Positions 7,643 to 15,255 are shown, counted from the stretch's first letter. The stretch is 35,133 nucleotides of DNA from Limisphaerales bacterium (GCA_044238065.1 JBIIDY010000001.1:1-35133), one strand, 5' to 3'. Program-made: numbers and translations. The notes: generated by a model not told the origin, from the sequence alone.

Positions 7643-8023
7643 TTATTTTAAAAGTTCTGGGTTTGTGAATTTGTTGCCAATTATTTCTTGTTTGGAAAAA
7701 TTAAAGGCGTTTATGTAGTCAGTTTCGTTTTTATTTATTGCGAAAAAACAAGCCCTCTCTTTAATAAAGACTACAAGGAATGTTTCTTTGTGATTTTTAA
7801 AGAAATCACCCTCAAAAATTTCCACTCCATTTTTGTCAAGAAGTCCTGTGGATTGCATTAGCTCCACTTCTCCAATGTTGTCAATATTTCTTGACCTATT
7901 ATTGCTTCTAAAAACAAGGGCAGGGAATCCTAAAACATCTATTATTTCGGGATTATTATAATCATCAAAATAAATCATTGTTTTGTTAGTTGTATCCCAA
8001 GCACGGAATTTTGAAATTTGCAT
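7643..8023 (-). CDS. YopX-family phage protein
   Basis: The N-terminus MQISKFRAWDTTNKTMIYFDD and the later GVEIFEGD are typical of YopX. Confidence 0.7.
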   Translation of the reverse strand: MQISKFRAWDTTNKTMIYFDDYNNPEIIDVLGFPALVFRSNNRSRNIDNIGEVELMQSTGLLDKNGVEIFEGDFFKNHKETFLVVFIKERACFFAINKNETDYINAFNFSKQEIIGNKFTNPELLK

Positions 8024-8052
8024 AAATGGTAAATGTAAAAAGTTAAAAAAGA

Positions 8053-8856
8053 TTATTTTGAAAAAATTGGGTTAAAATTGGTTTGTAAAATAGTGGACAA
8101 ATTTTGGCGGTAATTTGTGTCTGTGGCGTATCTTTTGCCTACTCCTCCGCAGATTTTTGAACCTTGACGAACTTGGCGAAAATCTCGGTCAAATAGCTTT
8201 TGGGTTGAGATTATTTCCCTCTCGTGAAAATGGCAAGAGGTCATATAATGAATATACAAGGCAAGCCCGTTTTGGTAATCGTTAAGGCAAATGCTGCTGC
8301 CATCTTGACAATCTGTAGCCTTTGTATCGCCAGCGTCTACATTGCCTATATTCCAACAGTTTTTAGTCTGGACGGCTCGTCCGTTAGTGCAAAAATGACT
8401 TTCTGCGTGAGCTTGAATTAAAATCAAATCTAGTGGAAAATTGGTTTTTTGAGCTAAATTTACAAGCATTTCAGGATCAAGCGGGCTTTCAGCTTTTTGA
8501 TACTTTTTGATATATTCTTTGGTTTTAGCTATTAAATCTGCTTTGTTTTCGTTGGTTACAAAAACACCAATTTCATCAATTCTAGGTTGACTTTTTAGCT
8601 CCTCTTTTTTTGGTTCGGGATCGTTTTTGATTTCCAAATTTGGGGTCTGTTCGGTTGGTTTTTCTACTATTTGATTTTCTAGTGGAATTGTTTTTTTGGT
8701 ATCTCTAAAGATTTCTACTTTGCCAGAATTGGCGTTATAGCCTTGTTGGTTAGCTAGATTGTCCATAAAACCTGTAAAGGGTAAAATGAAAATTAAAGCG
8801 AAAATAAAGAGTGTGAGACCCTTGCCTGAATTGTTTTTTGTGTTTGTGTTTGACAT
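8053..8856 (-). CDS. Membrane-anchored, Cys-rich glucosaminidase (GH73/FlgJ-like) candidate
   Basis: N-terminal TM (LTLFIFALIFILPFTGF). The C-terminal LILIQAHAESHFCTNGRAVQTKNCWNIGNV ... YQNGLALYIHYM resembles the glucosaminidase core. Confidence 0.4.
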   Translation of the reverse strand: MSNTNTKNNSGKGLTLFIFALIFILPFTGFMDNLANQQGYNANSGKVEIFRDTKKTIPLENQIVEKPTEQTPNLEIKNDPEPKKEELKSQPRIDEIGVFVTNENKADLIAKTKEYIKKYQKAESPLDPEMLVNLAQKTNFPLDLILIQAHAESHFCTNGRAVQTKNCWNIGNVDAGDTKATDCQDGSSICLNDYQNGLALYIHYMTSCHFHEREIISTQKLFDRDFRQVRQGSKICGGVGKRYATDTNYRQNLSTILQTNFNPIFSK

Positions 8857-8865
8857 ATTTTTTGT

Positions 8866-9228
8866 TTAGTAATTTTTTTGAAAAGGTAGGTTTTTTGGTT
8901 GGTGAAGATTTTGTTTGAGTTCAATCATTTTTAATTGAAAATCTGTGAGTTCTGGAATCTCGCCAGTATGCTCGGTTGCTTTTGGCTCGCTGTAAAAATG
9001 TAAAAAAGAATTTGGAATTCTAAGCGAAAAAATGCCAAGTTTGATGTAGTGATAATCATTAAAGCGACGGTTAACTAAAAGATTGATTTTAGAAGTTGTT
9101 TTGCCTTTCTTGACTAATTCAAAAGCGTATTGGAAAATATCAATTTTTTTGTCGCTAGTGGAATCGTCAAAAATATCTTTGAGTGGTATTTTGTTTGATT
9201 TTTTTATAAAACCGTGAATTTTTAGCAT
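8866..9228 (-). CDS. Hypothetical protein (120 aa)
   Basis: Clean ORF in the leftward operon. Confidence 0.5.
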   Translation of the reverse strand: MLKIHGFIKKSNKIPLKDIFDDSTSDKKIDIFQYAFELVKKGKTTSKINLLVNRRFNDYHYIKLGIFSLRIPNSFLHFYSEPKATEHTGEIPELTDFQLKMIELKQNLHQPKNLPFQKNY

Positions 9229-9250
9229 ATTTTTTGGTTTTTTGATTTGG

Positions 9251-9274
9251 AAAAAAGCCGATTTGAGATATCGG
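9251..9274 (-). terminator. Candidate intrinsic terminator after the annealase gene
   Basis: The minus strand reads ccgat-atctcaa-atcgg followed by cttttttcc. The stem is only 5 bp. Confidence 0.35.
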
Positions 9275-9286
9275 GAAACTGTTTTT

Positions 9287-10030
9287 TTAATTTACATAAT
9301 TTGGGTCAAAATTTGCTAACTGGTCGTTGGTGATTTTATTTGGCTCAATATTTACAACTTGTTTTCGTTTTTCATTGATCAAATTAGTCGCCTCTTGGAA
9401 TAGATTAGCTGGAATTTTAGCCTCGTTTGTGAGAAGATAAAGAGTGGCTTTTTCAAAATCAAGGGTTATATTATTTTTGAGTTTGTGGATAATTCCAATC
9501 GTCAAATCTTCTTCTGGACTTTTGGCTGGTGGTTTTGGAGGCTCTACTGGTGGTTTTTGATTGGAATTTTTAGTTTGGTTTTTGGAACTGCCATTTATAT
9601 GTTTTGTGAGGTCATAAATTGGCTTGTCATCATCATCTAACGCCTTTTTTTTGTCGTGGTCATATTTTAAATAGACAATATCTTTTTCATAAAGAAACCT
9701 GCCTATTCCCCACTGGACAGCGGCTCTTTTTAAAGCATCGCTTGCCTCGCCTTTGTCTGCCTCCGTTTCGCTTGGTGCTCCAGCATCAGTTTTTTTTATC
9801 CACTCATTATTGATTTTGATTGAGATTGAACAATAAATACTGTTTTTTATAAATTGATAATCTGTTTGCCAATTTTCAGCTCCGCAGACTTCGTCAAGTA
9901 TATTCATAACATCTCGGGCGTCAATATAAGCAACACAAGTGACTTTGTATGGAACTTTATTTTTATCCTTGATAAAACTTTGCATTTTCCATTTATAAGG
10001 TAAAGGTTTTTTTAGTTTAGCGAGATCCAT
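9287..10030 (-). CDS. Rad52/Sak-type single-strand annealing protein
   Basis: KGEASDALKRAAVQWGIGRFLY is the hallmark Rad52/22-family motif. The C-terminal region is P/K-rich. Confidence 0.8.
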   Translation of the reverse strand: MDLAKLKKPLPYKWKMQSFIKDKNKVPYKVTCVAYIDARDVMNILDEVCGAENWQTDYQFIKNSIYCSISIKINNEWIKKTDAGAPSETEADKGEASDALKRAAVQWGIGRFLYEKDIVYLKYDHDKKKALDDDDKPIYDLTKHINGSSKNQTKNSNQKPPVEPPKPPAKSPEEDLTIGIIHKLKNNITLDFEKATLYLLTNEAKIPANLFQEATNLINEKRKQVVNIEPNKITNDQLANFDPNYVN

Positions 10031-10033
10031 AAG

Positions 10034-10273
10034 CTAATTACAAATTGAATTTAAAAAGTTGGAATTACAAGCGGAGATTTGAGGAGTTGGTGATGCTTGA
10101 GTTTGGATAATTCCAAGAGCTACAATTCCCATTAGGAAGCAAAAACTTAGCATAAAAAGGAATGTTAAAAAAGTTCTATTTAGAAACTCTAAAACTTCGG
10201 CTTTTGCTTTTTGATTTTTTAGATATTGTTTGATTGCTGGACGCTGATTTGCGTCAAAAATATAAGTTGACAT
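10034..10273 (-). CDS. Small membrane protein (79 aa)
   Basis: TM segment FLTFLFMLSFCFLMGIVALGII. It is linked to the upstream gene by a taatATG-type junction. Confidence 0.5.
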   Translation of the reverse strand: MSTYIFDANQRPAIKQYLKNQKAKAEVLEFLNRTFLTFLFMLSFCFLMGIVALGIIQTQASPTPQISACNSNFLNSICN

Positions 10274-10274
10274 A

Positions 10275-10472
10275 TTAGAAAATAGGTTGTGGTGAAAATT
10301 GTAATTGTTTGATTAGATTGATTGTTTGGGTTTGATTTAATTCTTTGGTAGATTTGACGCCAAAATTGGCAAGATAAATTGATTTGAATTGATCCCGAGT
10401 AATGTTTGCTTTTTGACAAAAATTAGTAATTGCTATTTGTAAGGCTACAAAAGGCTTGTAAGTTTTTTCCAT
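10275..10472 (-). CDS. Hypothetical protein (65 aa)
   Basis: Preferred over overlapping track ORF 10219..10419 because of its composition and its stop-start junction with the next gene. Confidence 0.45.
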   Translation of the reverse strand: MEKTYKPFVALQIAITNFCQKANITRDQFKSIYLANFGVKSTKELNQTQTINLIKQLQFSPQPIF

Positions 10473-10492
10473 AGTGGAGTTTTAGAATAATT

Positions 10493-10510
10493 GGGGGAAG
10501 CTACTCCCCC
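10493..10510 (-). terminator. GC-rich hairpin between the first and second genes of the leftward operon (attenuator or stabiliser)
   Basis: ggggga-agctac-tccccc is a 6-bp stem with 5 G-C pairs, conspicuous in this AT-rich genome. The U-tract is weak. Confidence 0.35.
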
Positions 10511-10518
10511 TTGAAAAA

Positions 10519-10818
10519 TTAGCTAAGTTTGATTTTTAGATTTTCTCTAAAAGCTATTTCTAGTGATTTAAAATAATTGATAAGTTTGGCTTGATAGATT
10601 GGGACTAGGTCTGATTGGATTTCTTTGAGTATTAAAAAGTGTGACATTAAATACTCTTCTGTTTGAGTTGCTAAAAAAGCATTGACTTCAATTAGATTTG
10701 GTAGATTTTCAAAGCTAGAATAAGTAAAGTCTTCACGCCAGTTTTTGAATTGCCAAAAATAAGAAAGAAAAGTTTTTGCTTGACAGAATTTAGTTTGTTG
10801 TGTAGTATGTGAATACAT
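10519..10818 (-). CDS. Hypothetical protein, first gene of the leftward operon (99 aa)
   Basis: Clean ORF abutting the divergent control region. Confidence 0.5.
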   Translation of the reverse strand: MYSHTTQQTKFCQAKTFLSYFWQFKNWREDFTYSSFENLPNLIEVNAFLATQTEEYLMSHFLILKEIQSDLVPIYQAKLINYFKSLEIAFRENLKIKLS

Positions 10819-11011
10819 ATTTTGGAAAAAATATTTTTAAAAAAGATTTGAGGTTGGAGCCTCTTTTTTTGTTGCGAAAAATTATTGAGGTTGCATGGGC
10901 AAGATTTATAAAGGTTTGAAAAGTTGGCTGTAAAGCTATTAGTTTTTATTGCTAAATTACTAATAAATATATTATAAATTATTTTTTAAATAGTGTCAAG
11001 GAAATTTTCTT

Positions 11012-11125
11012 GTTAATACTTTTTTCTTGATAAAATAGACTTTTTTTTAATAACATTTTTATATTTTCCCCAAAATAAACTTGACAAAATTAGATAAAAT
11101 TAACTTTTTGAGTTAATACTTTTTT
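11012..11125. repeat. Two copies of the 14-bp box gttaatactttttt, exactly 100 bp apart, in the divergent control region
   Basis: Copies at 11012-11025 and 11112-11125, read directly. Confidence 0.7.
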
Positions 11126-11139
11126 ACTATTACAAAAAT

Positions 11140-11475
11140 ATGCCAGATAACTCACAACCAAACTCACAGAATACGCCTTCAGGAAATCAAACATATCCAA
11201 ATCCACAAAACTATAATCCGACTATTGTAATCAATAACAGTGCCACTGCTAACGCAAACGGTGGGGGTTCTTTTCCAGTAAAGTCAAAAATGGTAACACT
11301 GATTGTTTGTATTTTATTTGGTTGGGCTGGTTTTCATAGATTTTATACTGGACATGTGATAGTTGGTTTGTTATATATGTTTAGTTTTGGAATGTTGGGG
11401 ATTGGCTGGGCTTTAGATACTCTTTGGATTTTGCTTGGATCATTTAAAGATGCGAATGGACAACTTTTGAAATAA
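11140..11475 (+). CDS. TM2-domain membrane protein
   Basis: LFGWAGFHRFYTGHVIVGLLYMFSFGMLGIGWALD is the TM2 signature. The N-terminus is N/Q/P-rich. Confidence 0.85.
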   Translation: MPDNSQPNSQNTPSGNQTYPNPQNYNPTIVINNSATANANGGGSFPVKSKMVTLIVCILFGWAGFHRFYTGHVIVGLLYMFSFGMLGIGWALDTLWILLGSFKDANGQLLK

Positions 11476-11492
11476 TTTTAAAATCTAAATTT

Positions 11493-11567
11493 ATGAACTT
11501 ACTAACGCTAATTTTTGGCTATTTTTTTTCAATTAGCTTTTTACTTTTTTATTTTTTAGATTTATGA
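11493..11567 (+). CDS. Possible 24-aa hydrophobic micropeptide (MNLLTLIFGYFFSISFLLFYFLDL)
   Basis: Not in the ORF track (too short). It has an ATG and an ATGA stop-start overlap with the nuclease gene. Confidence 0.25.
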   Translation: MNLLTLIFGYFFSISFLLFYFLDL

Positions 11568-12685
11568 AGTTTTTAAAGTCTGTTTTACTTTTTATGTTTG
11601 CTTTTTATAAAGCGATTTGGATTTGGTTTTTGAGACTACCCCGAGCGGGTAAATTTTTGGTTGGAATTTTTTTGATTTTTGCTGTTGCGATAAGTAGTTT
11701 GGCAAATTCTGGACAAAAAAGCGAAGCCAATGGCGTCAAAAGTGCTAATTTATCATCAAATTCCAGTCAAAAATCTAGTAGTTCCAGTGAAAATTTGGCA
11801 AATAATAGTGAAAATAGTGAAAAATTTAGCGAAAATTTAGCAAAATCAACGAAAACATCACAAGAAACGGCAGAAAATCAAAAAAATTTCATAATTTCCA
11901 GTCAAAAAAGCCTACTAAGCATTGCTGAGGAGCCTATAAAAAGCACCGTAGCTAATACCGACGAGGCTATAAAAAGCGTCCTAAGTAATACTGAGGATGC
12001 TATAAAAACAGATAGTGCAAAATTGGCACAAACTCAAAACAAGAAACTTTACCAAATTTTAGAAGTCGTGGACGGCGATACAGTCAAGGTTAATGAAATT
12101 GGAGCTTTGAGATTAATTGGAATTGACACGCCTGAAACCAAAGATCCAAGAAAGGTCGTTCAGTGTTTTGGAGTGGAGGCAAGTAATAATGCCAAAAATC
12201 TTTTGAGTGGACAAAAAGTCTATTTGGAATATGATGAAAGTAAATCTAAAACTGATAAATATGGACGAACTTTGGCTTATGTTTTTCGTGAAGATGGTTA
12301 TTTTTACAATTTAGAGGCCGTGAGAAATGGTTTTGCTCATTCTTACCGTGAATATTCGCACCCAAAACTAGATGAATTTAATCTGGCAGAAAAACAAGCG
12401 AGGGATGGTAAGGTTGGATTTTGGGCAGATAATACTTGTCAAGGAAATACAACGCAAGGCGTGGCAGGAGAAGTAGCCAAAGCAACAGTTCCGCCGATAG
12501 GTGGAACCCAAGAAAAAGCGGTGGAAAAACCAGTGGAGCAAGTAGCTAGTGGAATTATCAAAAAGTCAACAGCTGGTATTTGCCATGATACAAGTTCCAA
12601 ATCTTACGAGAGAACAAAAAACTTTACCCCTTTTAATACAATGGAAGAGTGTTTGGCAAGTGGTGGCAGATTGCCTTTAAATTAG
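11564..12685 (+). CDS. Membrane-anchored staphylococcal-type (SNase/thermonuclease) nuclease with a Ser-rich repeat linker and a Cys-containing C-terminal domain
   Basis: N-terminal TM. Core VVDGDTVKV...LRLIGIDTPETKDPRK...DKYGRTLAYVF...EAVRNGFAH. Confidence 0.85.
   Translation: MKFLKSVLLFMFAFYKAIWIWFLRLPRAGKFLVGIFLIFAVAISSLANSGQKSEANGVKSANLSSNSSQKSSSSSENLANNSENSEKFSENLAKSTKTSQETAENQKNFIISSQKSLLSIAEEPIKSTVANTDEAIKSVLSNTEDAIKTDSAKLAQTQNKKLYQILEVVDGDTVKVNEIGALRLIGIDTPETKDPRKVVQCFGVEASNNAKNLLSGQKVYLEYDESKSKTDKYGRTLAYVFREDGYFYNLEAVRNGFAHSYREYSHPKLDEFNLAEKQARDGKVGFWADNTCQGNTTQGVAGEVAKATVPPIGGTQEKAVEKPVEQVASGIIKKSTAGICHDTSSKSYERTKNFTPFNTMEECLASGGRLPLN
11927..12025 (+). repeat. 3 x 33-nt imperfect tandem repeat inside the nuclease linker
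   Basis: Units start at 11927, 11960 and 11993, each containing gc(c/t)ataaaaa. They encode E-x-x-IKS-x-x-x-NT-type 11-aa repeats. Confidence 0.7.
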
Positions 12686-12715
12686 CGTGCCAAGTTGTGT
12701 CAGTTTGTCACGGGT

Positions 12716-12798
12716 GTGATTACCTAAAAAGCGATAAAATAACAATTTCCCAGCGTTGGGAAAACATAACTATAAAATCTTTTTAGGTGATTACCTAA
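12716..12798. repeat. Two copies of gtgattacctaa, 71 bp apart, flanking the hairpin tttccca-gcgt-tgggaaa
   Basis: Copies at 12716-12727 and 12787-12798; hairpin at 12746-12763. Confidence 0.65.
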
Positions 12799-12822
12799 TA
12801 TGGTAGTGTTGTAAAGGGCACT

Positions 12823-12926
12823 GAATAGACAATTTAGCACTGCTTTTTACAATGATTTGACAACTAAAAATATCTATTTAATCAGTAAAAAACCCCACAA
12901 TGAATAGACAGAGAATAGACAATTTA
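12823..12926. repeat. Three copies of GAATAGACA (two extended to gaatagacaattta): operator or iteron-like boxes
   Basis: Copies at 12823-12836, 12902-12910 and 12913-12926, all in the same orientation. Confidence 0.7.
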
Positions 12927-13009
12927 CAATAGATTCCTAATGTCAGGAAAGCGATCAATTTCGGTGTGTACCGAATATGGTCAAAGATACGATTTTTTCG
13001 TATAGTTGG

Positions 13010-13038
13010 TTGACAAATTCTTATATTTTGGGTAAAAA
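13010..13038 (+). promoter_or_regulatory. Sigma70-type promoter positioned for a leaderless transcript of the 42-aa ORF
   Basis: TTGACA (13010-13015), a 17-nt spacer, then TAAAAA (13033-13038). There are exactly 6 nt before the ATG at 13045. Confidence 0.45.
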
Positions 13039-13044
13039 ATTGAT

Positions 13045-13173
13045 ATGTCCAGATTTGCTAAAGTCAAAAAATGCCTAAAAAGAAAGGCTATTAAAAAAAC
13101 TAGAAAAACTAAAATTACTCTACAAAATGGACTTTATAAAAAAGTTTTTGATTATCAATGGAGTTTGTCTTGA
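13045..13173 (+). CDS. Possible 42-aa highly basic protein (MSRFAKVKKCLKRKAIKKTRKTKITLQNGLYKKVFDYQWSLS)
   Basis: Translated by hand; below the ORF-track size cut-off. A promoter lies immediately upstream, and the ORF ends 6 nt before the next promoter. Confidence 0.3.
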   Translation: MSRFAKVKKCLKRKAIKKTRKTKITLQNGLYKKVFDYQWSLS

Positions 13174-13178
13174 TTTTC

Positions 13179-13207
13179 TTGACAAGTTTTGTAATTTTAT
13201 TTATAAT
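13179..13207 (+). promoter_or_regulatory. Perfect consensus sigma70 promoter (TTGACA-17 nt-TATAAT)
   Basis: TTGACA at 13179-13184, spacer agttttgtaattttatt (17 nt), TATAAT at 13202-13207. Confidence 0.7.
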
Positions 13208-13268
13208 ATATTTATTGACATCTGGAAAATCTATGGAATCAGCATAGAAATTCTTTAAAATATAAATG

Positions 13269-13298
13269 TTGACAAATTATAAAAAGTCAGTTTATATT
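13269..13298 (+). promoter_or_regulatory. Second strong sigma70-type promoter
   Basis: TTGACA at 13269-13274, an 18-nt spacer, TATATT at 13293-13298. Confidence 0.55.
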
Positions 13299-13304
13299 TA
13301 AACA

Positions 13305-13369
13305 CCTGATAAAACAGGCACAAACTACCAAGTTTGCGATTTCTCCCTACTGATTCTAGGGAGTTTTTG
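13305..13369 (+). ncRNA. Candidate 65-nt structured RNA or attenuating leader upstream of the antirepressor gene
   Basis: Runs from the predicted TSS near 13305 to the terminator. Hairpins are cctg-ataaaa-cagg, caaact-acca-agtttg, and ctcccta-ctgattc-tagggag followed by T5. Confidence 0.35.
13343..13369 (+). terminator. Intrinsic terminator in the antirepressor leader
   Basis: 7-bp stem ctcccta/tagggag, 7-nt loop, then tttttgt. It lies 115 nt upstream of the ATG at 13485. Confidence 0.6.
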
Positions 13370-13484
13370 TCGTCTGGACTTTTTCTGGACAAAAAAAAGA
13401 ACCCTCTAAAAGAGAGAACAAACCTTGTAAGTTGTTTTCATTTTAGCATAGAAAATTCACCTTGTCAAGTAATTTTTTATAGCT

Positions 13485-14369
13485 ATGTCTACTCTACACT
13501 CTGAGGCTCAAATTTCTGTTGCCTCCAATTCGCAAAGCCCTTTTGAGCTTATCAAAAAAACAAATTCTGCAGGTTTTGAAATCTGGTCAGCTCGGGAACT
13601 CCAAAAAGTTTTAGAATATTCAACTTGGCAAAAATTTGAAAAAGCAATTTTGGCAGTCAAAGAAGAATTTGAGTTTGAAAATTTGGGTTTATCAGCAAAC
13701 TTTGATTTAACCTATCGGGCAAGTCAATCTGGTAAAAATACTGTCAAACAAATTACAGACTACGAACTCTCACGCTTTTTTTGCTACAAATTAGCAATGC
13801 GAGGCGAAACTGATGCTTGTAAAAAATCAAGGACTTATTTTGCCGTCCAGACTAGAAAACAAGAATTAGCACCCACTCCGCAACCCACAGCACCAAAATC
13901 TTTTTCAATTAAGGAACTTTTGGAACAAAATCAAAATTGGCTTTTCAAACTTTCCAAAGAAGTTGAAACTCTAAAAATTGAAGTTGAAACCAAAGACAAC
14001 ACCATTTCCAATTTAACTCCCAAAGCTGATTTTGTAGATAATGTTTTGGTAAAAGGTAATACTGGATTGACTGCGATGTCCATAGTCGCCAAAGAAATGG
14101 GACTTGGTTCAGTCAGGCTTTACAAAATACTTAGAGATGAGAAAATTTGGTTTTGGGCTTTGAACGAACACGGCGTCAATGAAAATAATGTCAAGCAAGA
14201 TTATATTGATAATGGTAGTTTTGTGGTCAAGGCTTTTTATAGCGAGCGAGACAAAAGAACTTATGATAAAATTTTTGCCACAAACAAAGGCAAATTGCTT
14301 TGTTATAAAATCGTCAAAGAAAATACTCCAAGTTTTGAGATTAAATTGATTGAAAACAGTCAAAAATAG
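13485..14369 (+). CDS. Antirepressor: DinD-like N-terminal domain plus KilAC C-terminal domain
   Basis: N-terminus FELIKKTNSAGFEIWSARELQKVLEYSTWQKFEKAI (DinD-like). C-terminus LTPKADFVDNVLVKGNTGLTAMSIVAKEMGLGSVRLYKILRDEKIWF (KilAC-like). Confidence 0.75.
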   Translation: MSTLHSEAQISVASNSQSPFELIKKTNSAGFEIWSARELQKVLEYSTWQKFEKAILAVKEEFEFENLGLSANFDLTYRASQSGKNTVKQITDYELSRFFCYKLAMRGETDACKKSRTYFAVQTRKQELAPTPQPTAPKSFSIKELLEQNQNWLFKLSKEVETLKIEVETKDNTISNLTPKADFVDNVLVKGNTGLTAMSIVAKEMGLGSVRLYKILRDEKIWFWALNEHGVNENNVKQDYIDNGSFVVKAFYSERDKRTYDKIFATNKGKLLCYKIVKENTPSFEIKLIENSQK

Positions 14370-14486
14370 CTTGCCAAAGTCAAAAATATGTGCTACAAGG
14401 TAGTAATTTAAGTTGGCCAACAAAAATTAAAAACCTTATCTGTGAAAGGCAGGTTAATTTTATATTATTCTATTTTACTATTATTT

Positions 14487-14612
14487 ATGTCAACAGACCA
14501 AATTTATTTAAAAAATCTCAAAAAATTAGTCAAGACACTTCGTGCTATGAAAGAATTGGATAAGGAAAAAACCAGAGAGTTGATTGAGGTTATTTTACTT
14601 CTATTAAATTAA
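14487..14612 (+). CDS. Possible 41-aa protein (MSTDQIYLKNLKKLVKTLRAMKELDKEKTRELIEVILLLLN)
   Basis: Hand-translated, with an ATG in the usual AT-rich context. It overlaps the 3' end of convergent gene 14590..15183 by 23 nt. Confidence 0.2.
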   Translation: MSTDQIYLKNLKKLVKTLRAMKELDKEKTRELIEVILLLLN

Positions 14613-15183
14613 ACTTCTTTTTAATTATCTCCAAGACAGCCCTTTGATCTAACCACTGGAACATTTGCTCTATTACAAACTCTTCGTCAAGTTTTCCCAG
14701 TTTTCGTTGGTCAAAGGGATAAACTGCCATAACTTCTCTACCATCACTGGTAGTTATTTTTTCTCTATATTTTAAAGACCATTTTTTACTTGCTTCAATT
14801 AGGGATTTATAAAGCTCCACATCTAGCAAAAAAACCTTGTCGTTAAGAGTTCTAAACCTGCCCTTATCAATCAGTCTTTTGATTTTAGTTCCAGCACCAA
14901 CGCCAAAATTAAGAACTTTTACCCCAGCATTGTATTTGGTTATAAATAATGGAATTTGGTTTAATTTTTCCTTGTCAAATAAAGAAAAACCCAAAGCATT
15001 TTCATCCGTTGGCATCTGCTCCATAAAATTACGGATTGTAAAATAAGTATCCCAGAAATTGCCATCATCAATTTCAATATCTGCGATGCTTTGTGATAAG
15101 TTTGTCATAGATAAAATATAGTTTTGTATAAATTTTGCCTTATGTTTTAATGAAATTTTGGGCAGTTGTTTTTGTTGTAGCAT
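14590..15183 (-). CDS. Hypothetical protein (197 aa); lone leftward gene inside the rightward block
   Basis: Long clean ORF with its own candidate promoter and long non-coding regions on both sides. No recognisable motif. Confidence 0.6.
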   Translation of the reverse strand: MLQQKQLPKISLKHKAKFIQNYILSMTNLSQSIADIEIDDGNFWDTYFTIRNFMEQMPTDENALGFSLFDKEKLNQIPLFITKYNAGVKVLNFGVGAGTKIKRLIDKGRFRTLNDKVFLLDVELYKSLIEASKKWSLKYREKITTSDGREVMAVYPFDQRKLGKLDEEFVIEQMFQWLDQRAVLEIIKKKFNLIEVK

Positions 15184-15226
15184 AAAAAAACCAAATAGTC
15201 AAATAGAAAAAAAATGTAACAATAAA

Positions 15227-15255
15227 ATGCTAATAATAATTAGCTAAATTGTCAA
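15227..15255 (-). promoter_or_regulatory. Candidate sigma70-type promoter for 14590..15183
   Basis: The minus strand reads TTGACA (15255-15250), a 17-nt spacer, then TAGCAT (15232-15227). Confidence 0.4.

Noticed and set aside
10219-10419. 66-aa minus-strand ORF overlapping 10275..10472 in another frame
   Set aside because: Its product is Q/N/I/S-rich and low in complexity. The alternative frame gives a more protein-like sequence and forms the usual stop-start junction with 10034..10273.
11108-11136. Sigma70-type promoter TTGAGT-17-TACAAA for the TM2 gene
   Set aside because: The -10 candidate ends only 3 nt before the ATG at 11140, so the predicted start site would fall inside the coding sequence. 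An alternative hexamer, TATTAC (11128-11133), has the right 6-nt geometry but no acceptable -35. The promoter for this block is left unassigned.
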